A stretch of 64,000 bases of DNA from Gemmatimonadota bacterium. GTDB taxonomy: Bacteria; Gemmatimonadota; Gemmatimonadetes; Gemmatimonadales; Gemmatimonadaceae. Position 1 is the first letter of the stretch. Each line of letters starts with the position of its first letter. Where the stretch lies: NCBI GenBank assembly GCA_040389905.1, contig JAZJZK010000002.1, positions 23,401 to 87,400 on the forward strand, written 5' to 3'. Of the stretch, positions 1 through 8,227 are shown piece after piece. The notes beneath the pieces are model-generated. The model was not told the DNA's origin. It ran no database searches and saw only the letters and a list, made by a program, of their open reading frames with translations. The translations under genes were made by a program, and so were the position numbers.

Positions 1-385
1 CCCAGATGATTCGGTCGGTGAAGTGGCGCTGCACCATGAGCGATTCCTGACGCTGCATCCAGTCGTCCAGCGCGCGGAGCACTTCGGCAGGGGTCCCGCG
101 AATCGTCCGCTGTGCGCTCACGGCGGCGCCACCATAGAGGCTGGCGAGAATTCCGTGCTCCTCGGTGACGATACTCCGCGTGCGGTCTTCCGCGAGCGCC
201 TGCCGGAGGTTGACGACGTCGAGGCCGACCTCCTTGGCGAGCGCCTCGAGCTGGGTCTCTGAAAGACGACCCTCTGGATCTACGGAGCCGGCGGACTGCA
301 ACTCGAAGGCGCGCGCGAGCACGCGCTCGACAGCAGAGCGGTCGATTCCTGTTTGCACTTGCGGTGGTCGAGCATCGTCCGGCAT
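1..385 (-). CDS. Hypothetical protein, 3' end runs off the window (MPDDARPPQVQTGIDRSAVERVLARAFELQ...)
   Basis: Translated by hand from ATG at 385; open to position 1 with genome-typical codons. Not in the ORF track because it has no stop in the window. Confidence 0.7.
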   Translation of the reverse strand, partial: MPDDARPPQVQTGIDRSAVERVLARAFELQSAGSVDPEGRLSETQLEALAKEVGLDVVNLRQALAEDRTRSIVTEEHGILASLYGGAAVSAQRTIRGTPAEVLRALDDWMQRQESLMVQRHFTDRIIW

Positions 386-540
386 CCGCTAAAGATAGCG
401 CTGAGGCGATTCGTTTCCACACGCCTCTCGACGTGGATTGTCGGTGCTCCAGACGGAATACCCACCCATTCCATCTCGATCCGCAGCCGCAAGGCCCCGA
501 CCTGCGGCCGCACAGCCTCGATCCGCAGCCGTGCAACGAT

Positions 541-793
541 CGTTCACAGCTCTCCAGACGAGTCTCACACTTTTCCAACGTCCTTTCACACCCCCACCGG
601 AGCCATACCCAAGCTGATGGCCGGCATCCCCGCCGTTCCAGACGCGTTCCACACCCTTCCAACCACCGTTCACACTCATTTTGCTCGCCACTCCAGCCGT
701 TTCGATCGCATTCACAACGCCGCAGCCTCGACCAACGCCTTTTCCGTCGCCGTTCACAGCGCACCAGACACTCGGCGCACGAGTACAGTCCAC
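541..793. repeat. Degenerate 21-bp-period tandem array, C/A-rich on the + strand
   Basis: NNTTCACA-like cores at 541, 562, 583, 646, 667, 709 and 751; all offsets are multiples of 21. CGTTCACAGC is exact at 541 and 751. Confidence 0.8.
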
Positions 794-831
794 ATTGTGC
801 GAATCGGCTGCGGTGGATAGCCTCTAGCACC

Positions 832-1785
832 ATGGTGAATCTCCAGGATATCCGCGCCGCACGCGAGCGAATCGCCGACCGAGTGCATCGGACGCCCCTC
901 ATGGGATCGGCGACGATTGCGGACCGCATCGGCGCCGCCCAGTTCGGCCTCAAGTGTGAGAGTTTCCAGAAGACCGGCTCCTTCAAGGTGCGCGGTTCGC
1001 TCAATACGCTCAGCCAACTCTCCGACGAGGCAAAAGCGCGAGGAGTCGTCAGTGTCTCCGCGGGGAATCACGCGCAGGCTCTCGCGTGGGGTGCACGCGC
1101 CGCAGGCGTTCGGTGCACGGTCGTGATGCCTGCCAACGCGTCGGCGACAAAAGTCGCGGCGAGCCGAGGCTACGGGGCCAACGTCATCCAGTATGGGACG
1201 GGCGCCGACGCATTCGTCATGGCCCTTGGGCTCGCGGAGTCCGAAGGCTTCACCTTCGTCCACCCCTTTGACGACGATCGCATCATCGCCGGGGCAGGCA
1301 CCGTCGCGCTGGAACTGCTGGAGCAGTGCGACTCTCCGCCCGATGTGGTGGTCGTTCCGATCGGAGGAGGAGGTCTGATCGGCGGGGTCGCAGTTGGCGT
1401 CAAGGAGGCGTCACCTCTCACGCGAGTGATCGGCGTGGAGCCGGTGGGTGCGGCGGTAATGCGGCAAAGCCTCGACGCGGGGCATGCCACGCGCATGGCG
1501 TCGATGAACACGATTGCCGACGGTCTCGCAGCGCCGATGGCAGGCGAGCGCAACTTCGAGATCGTTCAGCGCTACGTTGATGACGTCGTGCTTGTGACGG
1601 ACGACGAGATTGCCGAGGCGATGGGTGTCTTGCTCTCTCGGTGCAAGCTGCTCGCGGAGCCGGCTGGTGCGGCGGCGACGGCGGCGCTGCTCGCCGGCAA
1701 GGTCGTGACTCGTGCGTCGGATCGCGTGGTCGCGTTGTTGAGCGGCGGGAATGTCGATCTGGAGAGGGTCAAGCAATTCGTGTAA
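832..1785 (+). CDS. PLP-dependent threonine/serine ammonia-lyase (short catabolic type)
   Basis: KCESFQKTGSFKVRG PLP-lysine motif, SAGNHAQ, PIGGGGL, LSGGN. Start set at MVNLQDI (ATG 832). Confidence 0.92.
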   Translation: MVNLQDIRAARERIADRVHRTPLMGSATIADRIGAAQFGLKCESFQKTGSFKVRGSLNTLSQLSDEAKARGVVSVSAGNHAQALAWGARAAGVRCTVVMPANASATKVAASRGYGANVIQYGTGADAFVMALGLAESEGFTFVHPFDDDRIIAGAGTVALELLEQCDSPPDVVVVPIGGGGLIGGVAVGVKEASPLTRVIGVEPVGAAVMRQSLDAGHATRMASMNTIADGLAAPMAGERNFEIVQRYVDDVVLVTDDEIAEAMGVLLSRCKLLAEPAGAAATAALLAGKVVTRASDRVVALLSGGNVDLERVKQFV

Positions 1786-1844
1786 TCGATTATCATCGCT
1801 CCGCATAAGGCATCCGGCCAAGGCAGCGCGGCGGCGTCGTTCTT

Positions 1845-1937
1845 ACCGCAGAGGACGCGGAGGGGCAGAGGAACTGCAGAGGAAACCGCGTAACACAGGT
1901 GCAGGCCCTTCGCTGCACCCAGGGCGACAAAACGAGC
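1845..1937 (+). repeat. Composite repeat half-copy: 9-bp CAGAGG-unit arm followed by a REP-like unit
   Basis: ACCGCAGAGGACGCGGAG...AGGTGCAGGCCCTTCGCTGC...CAGGGCGACAAAACGAGC, closely matching 56813-56897. Confidence 0.85.
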
Positions 1938-1984
1938 GGAACCGAGCAACCGCACAACCGCTCCGGGCGACAGCACGATCGGAA

Positions 1985-3043
1985 CTACGTCACGCATTCC
2001 TTAGACGTAGCGCAGCTCTTCTCTGGTTCAACGCTCGCGAGGTCGGCTGGATCACTCGACTCGACCGCGGTCAGTGGCTCCTGACCGTTGCCCGACACGG
2101 GAATCGGAGGGAGCGGTTTGAGCTGTCGCCCCTCCGGCACGAGTGTCTTATGAATGAAGAGCGCCGCAATCGCCCCGTCGCCGGCCGCGGCGATCGCGAG
2201 TTGCGCGCCGGGAATAATGTCGCCGGCCGCGAAGCAGTTCGGCACCGAGGTGTGATATCCCTTGTCGACGAGGATGTGCCCGCCACTGTCCCGCTCACAC
2301 CCGAGCTGCGAGCCGAGGTCGTCCGAGGGATACTGTCCGATGGCGAAGAAAAGTTTGTCGACGTCGAGCTGCATCCCGCCCTCGAACTCGATCGACGTCA
2401 CGTTCGAGCCGCGATGTTGCACGCACTTGATCGCCGATTCGATCATGGGGATGTTGAGCGCGTCGAGCTTGCGGCAGTACTCGTCCCTGTCAAAATCCGC
2501 AGGGGCGCCGTTGGTGCAGATGATGATGTCCCGCGTCCAGGTCGTGAGGTTGAGTGCCATCCCGACCGCTTTACGCCCCTTCCCGATCACCACGACTTTC
2601 TTGTCCACGCATTCGCGGCCGTCGCAATCCGGGCACACATGCGCGTTCGCGCCGTACACGTTGGAGATTCCCGGGAGGTCGGGCCAGACATCGCGCAGCC
2701 CAATGGCAAGCAGCAGGCGCTTCGCGTGGATCTTCTCGCCCGCCGACAGACAGAGCTCGAAGTCGTCGGCGCCATGCTTCGTTGCCCGCACGCATTCGGC
2801 GTCGACCAACTCCACGCCGTCCGCTCGTGCTTCATCGCGCCCTCGGCCGCGGAGGTCAGCGGGCTTGATGCCCGGCAATCCGAGGTAGCCGTTCACGCCG
2901 CGCGTTTCCCAATTGCGCGGATCGCCAGAGTCCACGACGACGACCGTGTGGAGATACCGAGCGAGCCAGATGCTGGCCGTCAGGCCGGCGGGCCCTCCGC
3001 CGACAATCGCAACGTCAAATACCTGGGTCGATTCGGGATGCAT
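1985..3043 (-). CDS. NAD(P)/FAD-dependent oxidoreductase, thioredoxin reductase-like
   Basis: GGGPAG dinucleotide fold, CPDCDG redox motif, TSVPNCFAAGD. Confidence 0.88.
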   Translation of the reverse strand: MHPESTQVFDVAIVGGGPAGLTASIWLARYLHTVVVVDSGDPRNWETRGVNGYLGLPGIKPADLRGRGRDEARADGVELVDAECVRATKHGADDFELCLSAGEKIHAKRLLLAIGLRDVWPDLPGISNVYGANAHVCPDCDGRECVDKKVVVIGKGRKAVGMALNLTTWTRDIIICTNGAPADFDRDEYCRKLDALNIPMIESAIKCVQHRGSNVTSIEFEGGMQLDVDKLFFAIGQYPSDDLGSQLGCERDSGGHILVDKGYHTSVPNCFAAGDIIPGAQLAIAAAGDGAIAALFIHKTLVPEGRQLKPLPPIPVSGNGQEPLTAVESSDPADLASVEPEKSCATSKECVT

Positions 3044-3082
3044 TGATAGCGAGCGGGGCAAGAAAAGCGCCGCGCACGCCCG

Positions 3083-3847
3083 CTAGCGCAACGATCCAGG
3101 GGGCACGAGATAAATCAGCCGCAAGGTCGACCGATCGGATGCCGAGATCTGCGCGGTCGCCGACTCCCGGTACATCACGCTGCTCGCATCACGCGAATGA
3201 TTCAATCCCAACGCATGTCCGATCTCGTGACGGAGAGTTCCGCTCATGACGGTCAGCGAGAGGGGCCGGCCAAGACTGTCGCGATTCGCGATGAACACTC
3301 GTGCCTTCGCGATCTGGAACGCGCTCGTCTGGAGGCGCTCGGTCACGCCGATCCGTTGGCCATCCTCGGACGGAAACCGATCGACCCACCGGATCAGGAT
3401 GTCGGCGCTCGTCGTATCGAAGATGAAGGTGAAGCGCAGCGGAAAGCCAGCCTGGCTCCACTCTGCGAACACGTTCTGCGCGATTGCCGGCAGTTGCGCA
3501 TTCCATCCGGCGATTGCCGAAGACGGCTCGACATAGACGCGCAGCGCATCGCTCACGCGCTCGGGCCACCGATAGAGTGCGCTGTCCTGCTCGGCCAGGA
3601 CGTCTTCGATATAGGTCCCGGGCGCGAGACCCTGTACCCGTCGGCGCATTTCCGCCGGGGGTGTGACGGGACTCGCGTCAGCTGGGATCAGTTCCCGACG
3701 CACGGTACCCTGAACCCGCCCAGCGGCGACGACCGTCGTGTCGCGCGTCAACGCCGACACTGACCGGCGTTGTTGACGCAAGCGAGCGGTGCGAGCCGCG
3801 GCGCCAAGCACGAATGCGGTGAGCGCGACGATCAGAACCAGCGGCAA
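3083..3847 (-). CDS. Matrixin-family (M10) zinc metalloprotease
   Basis: HEIGHALGLNH metzincin motif, SVM Met-turn, hydrophobic N-terminus. Start uncertain (TTG). Confidence 0.85.
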   Translation of the reverse strand: MPLVLIVALTAFVLGAAARTARLRQQRRSVSALTRDTTVVAAGRVQGTVRRELIPADASPVTPPAEMRRRVQGLAPGTYIEDVLAEQDSALYRWPERVSDALRVYVEPSSAIAGWNAQLPAIAQNVFAEWSQAGFPLRFTFIFDTTSADILIRWVDRFPSEDGQRIGVTERLQTSAFQIAKARVFIANRDSLGRPLSLTVMSGTLRHEIGHALGLNHSRDASSVMYRESATAQISASDRSTLRLIYLVPPGSLR

Positions 3848-4054
3848 GTGCTCGAATCGAAGACGGACTGGCGGACTCCTCCGTGGATGTGTAACTCACC
3901 CGGGGAGATCGCCGGTGCGCGCTCCCGAGGTGTTCGTCTTGAAGATTCCGGCAGCCCTGACGAATTCCAGCTGTCGATTTGGGCCGTCGCTATTCGACAA
4001 AGCTAAGCCGACCACGCACTACCGCTCGCTACACACATCGAACCGAGGCTTCCC

Positions 4055-4495
4055 ATGAGTGCCCAGACCGCTGACCAGAATCTCGCGAACCACGCTCGCT
4101 ATGTTCCCGGCTTTCACTTCGTGACCGGTTCGCTCACGATCGTGGTGTTTGGCTGGACCCTGTACCGGGCCGCGACGATTCGGACGTCCACCGAAGTGCT
4201 TGGCGCACTGATCGGCGTGGTGCTCCTCGCTCAGTTCTGGTATCTGCGTGCATTCCCCCTGGCCGTTCAGGATCGCCTGATTCGTCTCGAGGAGCGTCTC
4301 CGCCTGGAGAAGCTGCTTCCCGAGTTGCAGTCGCAGCATGCGGCCTTCACGGCGGATCAGCTGATCGCACTTCGGTTCGCGTCGGACGCGGAACTTCCTT
4401 CGCTGGCCAAGAAAGTCCTCGACGAGAAGATCACGACGCGCTCGCAGGTAAAGGCGCTGATCAAGGACTGGCGTGCAGACAACATGCGGGCCTAG
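4055..4495 (+). CDS. Small membrane protein, DUF6526-like
   Basis: QNLANHARYVPGFHF start, two TM segments, QDRLIRLEERLR, ALRFASDAEL, IKDWRAD end. Confidence 0.75.
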   Translation: MSAQTADQNLANHARYVPGFHFVTGSLTIVVFGWTLYRAATIRTSTEVLGALIGVVLLAQFWYLRAFPLAVQDRLIRLEERLRLEKLLPELQSQHAAFTADQLIALRFASDAELPSLAKKVLDEKITTRSQVKALIKDWRADNMRA

Positions 4496-4500
4496 TCCGT

Positions 4501-4609
4501 TGTCATCCCGCACGCGTCAGCGTGACGGGATCTATCGTCCATTCGCAGAATCAGGCTACGGAGCAGGGACGGTAGATCCCGACAGTCGCTTCGCTCCTGC
4601 GGGATGACA
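4501..4609. repeat. REP-like inverted doublet (TGTCATCCCG...CGGGATGACA)
   Basis: Complementary ends TGTCATCCCGCA / TGCGGGATGACA and internal GGGATCTA / TAGATCCC; lies between convergent genes. Confidence 0.8.
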
Positions 4610-4618
4610 CGGTGGTGT

Positions 4619-5350
4619 CTAGCGAACGCCCCCCGGCGGGAGCTGGTACAGGAGCCGCACTGTCGCGCGATCGGTGTGCGACAGCGCGCGAACGCGAACC
4701 TTCTGCGCCATGATGCTCGTGGAATCGCGCGTATGATCGAGGCCGAGCAAATGGCCGATCTCGTGGAGCGTCATGGCGTGCATGGCGTCGCTGTCGAGAA
4801 TCGGCCCGCCGCGATGGTAGACCGCGAGCACGATGTCGGCGTCCGTGATCCACCAATCATCATCGCGCGTCCACTTCGTGCGGCCACTGATTTCCTCATC
4901 GAAATGATCGATGAACGTGACGTGGACGTCAGCGGCGGCGGAGTCGGTGGTGAAGGTGAAGCGGACGGGAAGGCCAAGCCGGTCCCATTGGCGAAAGGCG
5001 GTTTGCACATCCTCGACGTAGTCCGGTACCCAGCCGGTAACCGTCGAACTCGATTGCACCCAGACAACGAGCGGCTCGCCTGCGCGATCCGGCCAGCGTG
5101 AGAGCGCACTGTCGTGCTCAGCGAGCATCTCGCCGATGTACGTACCCGAAGCGTTTTCGGCGAGTCGCCGCCGGACCTCGGCGCGCGTCGGGTCCGTGCT
5201 GTCCGACACCATGGACGGTCCAACCGCTCCACCGCTGGCGACACTCGTGAGGCCGCGCAACACATGGCTGTGCGACGAGACAGGATTGAGTGCGAGGATG
5301 AAAGCGGCGACAGTGCCGAGGCGGGAGGCGTGGCGAAGGCGAGGCGTCAT
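4619..5350 (-). CDS. Matrixin-family (M10) zinc metalloprotease, paralog of 3083-3847
   Basis: HEIGHLLGLDH, SIM Met-turn; shares GTYI, SAL.RWP and LxY.xPPG with the neighbouring paralog. Confidence 0.87.
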   Translation of the reverse strand: MTPRLRHASRLGTVAAFILALNPVSSHSHVLRGLTSVASGGAVGPSMVSDSTDPTRAEVRRRLAENASGTYIGEMLAEHDSALSRWPDRAGEPLVVWVQSSSTVTGWVPDYVEDVQTAFRQWDRLGLPVRFTFTTDSAAADVHVTFIDHFDEEISGRTKWTRDDDWWITDADIVLAVYHRGGPILDSDAMHAMTLHEIGHLLGLDHTRDSTSIMAQKVRVRALSHTDRATVRLLYQLPPGGVR

Positions 5351-6270
5351 CGGTTACTGCGCGGCGGACCTGTGCGGCCAGTCACGAGAAAGGTGTCGGT
5401 CACGCTGAAGAAGCGTTGGGGCGCTTCCCAGAACGGCATGTGGCCAGCGTCGGGAATCAGTTCGAGCCGTGCGTGGGGCAGGAGCGCGGACAGCTCGATC
5501 GCCACCGCTGCTGGAAGCGCGTCTCGTTCTCCATGTATGACGAGCGTCGGCGCCGAAAGGGCACGCAGCCGGTCACGCCAATCATACCCCGCGCGCCGCA
5601 AACGGGCCGCGACCGCCGTCCCGGTGAGGCTGGCCGCCTCGGGAGGTGCGAAATACGCCGCAAAATCGGCGTCGGCGAACCAGGCGGGATAGCTCGTGCG
5701 CGAGTGTGCGGCGTGCGTCGAGGGGTCGGGGTCGACCAATCGTGGATAGGTCTCGGCGAGGGTTGCGCGACCTGCGTCGCCAATCCGTTCCATGGCGTTC
5801 GCGTGGAGCAGCGGCATCCAGTCGCTCGTTGCCCCGATGGCATCGACCGTCACCAGCCGCCTGGTGCCGGAGGGATCGCTCGCCGCCGCCAACATGGCGA
5901 TACCGCCGCCCCACGAGTGACCGAGCACATCCCACTGCCGGATGCCGAGTGCCCGGCGAAGGGCGGCAATATCCGCTGCATCGTCCTCGATGCGCGCCTC
6001 CAACGGGTCTCGTGGCGTTTCCGATTCACCGCGGCCGCGCTGATCATATAGAATGAGCTGCCGTCCCTCGGCGAGTGGTGACAGTGCGGGCCAGAGCAAG
6101 GCATGATCGTAGAGCAGGCCCCCGTTCACGAGCAGGAGTGGAGGTGCCGACGTCGTGGGAGCCGTGGTCCACACGGCGAACTGCAGGCCGCGGACGGGCA
6201 CCGACATGCGATCCAATGCGGGGGTGCGCCCCAGCGAGCGACGAAAGGCGATGAAATCGGCGCGAGACAT
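5347..6270 (-). CDS. Alpha/beta hydrolase (proline iminopeptidase-like)
   Basis: YDQRGRG, GHSWGG nucleophile elbow, HGERD, AGHMP. Confidence 0.88.
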   Translation of the reverse strand: MSRADFIAFRRSLGRTPALDRMSVPVRGLQFAVWTTAPTTSAPPLLLVNGGLLYDHALLWPALSPLAEGRQLILYDQRGRGESETPRDPLEARIEDDAADIAALRRALGIRQWDVLGHSWGGGIAMLAAASDPSGTRRLVTVDAIGATSDWMPLLHANAMERIGDAGRATLAETYPRLVDPDPSTHAAHSRTSYPAWFADADFAAYFAPPEAASLTGTAVAARLRRAGYDWRDRLRALSAPTLVIHGERDALPAAVAIELSALLPHARLELIPDAGHMPFWEAPQRFFSVTDTFLVTGRTGPPRSNR

Positions 6271-6369
6271 TGCGCACAAGCTAACGGCGACACGCGCAGC
6301 CTACCTGTGCGAGTTGAGATCACGGTCGAAAGAGCGTACCGTATCCCCACCTCGAACTACGGTGCTTCG

Positions 6370-7425
6370 ATGAAATACCTTGTCCTTGCCGCCCTCGTCG
6401 CTCTCGCGCCGTCCGCTCCAGCGCAACAGGGTGTGCCGGAAATTCGCTTCGATGCCAATGAAAACTTCCTGAAGCTGCCTCCCGGGAAGAACTTCGGTGA
6501 AGTCGCCGGCGTGGCGGTGAACTCGAAGCGGCACATCTTCGTCTACGACCGCAGCGGCGAGCGCTCCACGGTGCACGGTGCGACAGCCGCCCAGCTCTAC
6601 GAGTTCGGCCCCGACGGCGCCTACATCCGTGAAATCGGCAAGGACCTCTACGGCTTTGCCTTCGCGCACACCGTGCGGATCGACAAGGATGACAACATTT
6701 GGGCGACCGACGAAGGGACGAACATGATCATCAAGTTCAACCCTGCCGGTCGCGTCACGATGGTGCTTGGACGCCGCGCGGAAGCCGTCGAAGCAGAGGC
6801 GCCCGTAGCCCCGAACGCGCCACCACCGGCACCGCGGTGGGGAACGTTCAACCGGCCGGCGGACGTCGCTTGGGACCTCGCGGGCAACGTCTTCATCGCC
6901 GACGGCTATGGAAACTCTCGCGTCGTGAAAGTCGACAAGAACGGCAAGTGGGTGAAGACCTGGGGAACGCGTGGTTCCGAGCCGGGGCAGTTCAACATCC
7001 TTCACACGATCGCGAACGACGCGAAGGGCAACATCTACATCGGCGACCGCACCAATCGGCGCATCCAGGTGTTCGATCCCGATGGGAACCCGGTGCGAAT
7101 CATTACGATCGACGTGCCGTTCAACGGCCTACCAAACGTTCTCAACGGCGGCATGCCGAACGCGAATTCGTTGTCAGTATCGGGCGCCCCCTGGGCCATC
7201 TGCATCACCCCCGGACCGACACAGTCTCTCTATGTCGCCGACGCGGTTCCGGGACGCATCTACAAGCTGACGCTCGACGGAAAAGTGCTCGGCGTGCTGG
7301 GGGAAGCAGGGAAGGCGGTGAAGCAGTTCGGATGGGTGCATGAAATTGCGTGCCCCTCCGAGAACGAGCTGTATGTCGCTGAATTGCTGAACTGGCGCGT
7401 GCAGAAGCTGACGCTGCATCCGTAG
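6370..7425 (+). CDS. Secreted NHL-repeat protein, peptidyl-alpha-hydroxyglycine alpha-amidating lyase (PAL)-like
   Basis: Signal peptide MKYLVLAALVALA; NHL repeats; AHTVRID, ADGYGNSRVVK, DRTNRRIQVFD. Confidence 0.85.
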   Translation: MKYLVLAALVALAPSAPAQQGVPEIRFDANENFLKLPPGKNFGEVAGVAVNSKRHIFVYDRSGERSTVHGATAAQLYEFGPDGAYIREIGKDLYGFAFAHTVRIDKDDNIWATDEGTNMIIKFNPAGRVTMVLGRRAEAVEAEAPVAPNAPPPAPRWGTFNRPADVAWDLAGNVFIADGYGNSRVVKVDKNGKWVKTWGTRGSEPGQFNILHTIANDAKGNIYIGDRTNRRIQVFDPDGNPVRIITIDVPFNGLPNVLNGGMPNANSLSVSGAPWAICITPGPTQSLYVADAVPGRIYKLTLDGKVLGVLGEAGKAVKQFGWVHEIACPSENELYVAELLNWRVQKLTLHP

Positions 7426-7435
7426 AGGATACGGA

Positions 7436-8164
7436 ATGCCGGAGCCTACGCTCAAGGGCATCCGCACCATCCTGCGCTCATCCGGAGATCCTCAACGCGC
7501 GCTCGGCACCGCTCGGTTCTTCAAGACCGGTCGGGGTGAGTATGGCGAGGGCGACAAGTTTCTTGGCATTCGCGTTCCCGATCTCCGGAGAATCGTGCGC
7601 GCGCACCGAGGGCTGTCGCTTGCCGATACGCTCGCGCTCCTCCAGTCGGGTTGGCACGAGGAGCGCGCCGTCGCGTTGCTTCTGCTCGTCGACGCGCACG
7701 CACGCGGATCGGCGACGGAGAAACGACAGATTCATCGCGAGTACCTCGCGAACACCAGGTACATCAACAACTGGGACCTGGTCGACTCATCGGCTGGAGA
7801 GATCGTCGGTTCCCACGTTCCAGAGCGGGGAACGGGTTTTCTCGAAAAGCTTGCCCGGTCGAACTCCCTCTGGGAACGGCGCATCGCCATGATTGCCACC
7901 TTCTGGTCGATCAAGCACGACGACTTCGCGCCGACGTTGCGCATTGCCGAGCAGCTTCTGGACGACGAACATGATCTCATCCACAAGGCGGTGGGGTGGA
8001 TGCTGCGCGAAGCGGGGAATCGCGACGTCACTGTCCTTCGCGCCTTCCTCGACACGCACGCCGCGACGATGCCTCGGACGGCGCTACGCTACGCGATCGA
8101 GCGACTCGGGCCGGATGATCGGCGCCGCTACATGGGTGCGAAGGCCGACGTGGCCCGAACGTAA
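7436..8164 (+). CDS. DNA alkylation repair protein (AlkD-like)
   Basis: FFKTG.GEYGEGD, NNWDLVD, LWERR, HKAVGWMLRE, MPRTALRYAIE. Confidence 0.9.
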   Translation: MPEPTLKGIRTILRSSGDPQRALGTARFFKTGRGEYGEGDKFLGIRVPDLRRIVRAHRGLSLADTLALLQSGWHEERAVALLLLVDAHARGSATEKRQIHREYLANTRYINNWDLVDSSAGEIVGSHVPERGTGFLEKLARSNSLWERRIAMIATFWSIKHDDFAPTLRIAEQLLDDEHDLIHKAVGWMLREAGNRDVTVLRAFLDTHAATMPRTALRYAIERLGPDDRRRYMGAKADVART

Positions 8165-8168
8165 CAGC

Positions 8169-8215
8169 AGGTGCGGGCCCTTCGCTCCCTTCGTCGCTTG
8201 CGCTCGACTCGCCGA
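8169..8215 (+). repeat. Degenerate REP-like unit
   Basis: AGGTGCGGGCCCTTCGCT right after a stop codon; matches the start of the units at 1897, 31701 and 56857. Confidence 0.6.
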
Positions 8216-8227
8216 GGATCCCGTCTT

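Noticed and set aside
541..793. CRISPR array or DnaA-box cluster
   Set aside because: No constant repeat plus unique spacer structure, no cas genes, and the cores do not match TTATCCACA.
364..831. 156-aa N-terminal extension of the ammonia-lyase ORF
   Set aside because: Low-complexity read-through of the 21-bp array; family similarity begins at ATG 832.
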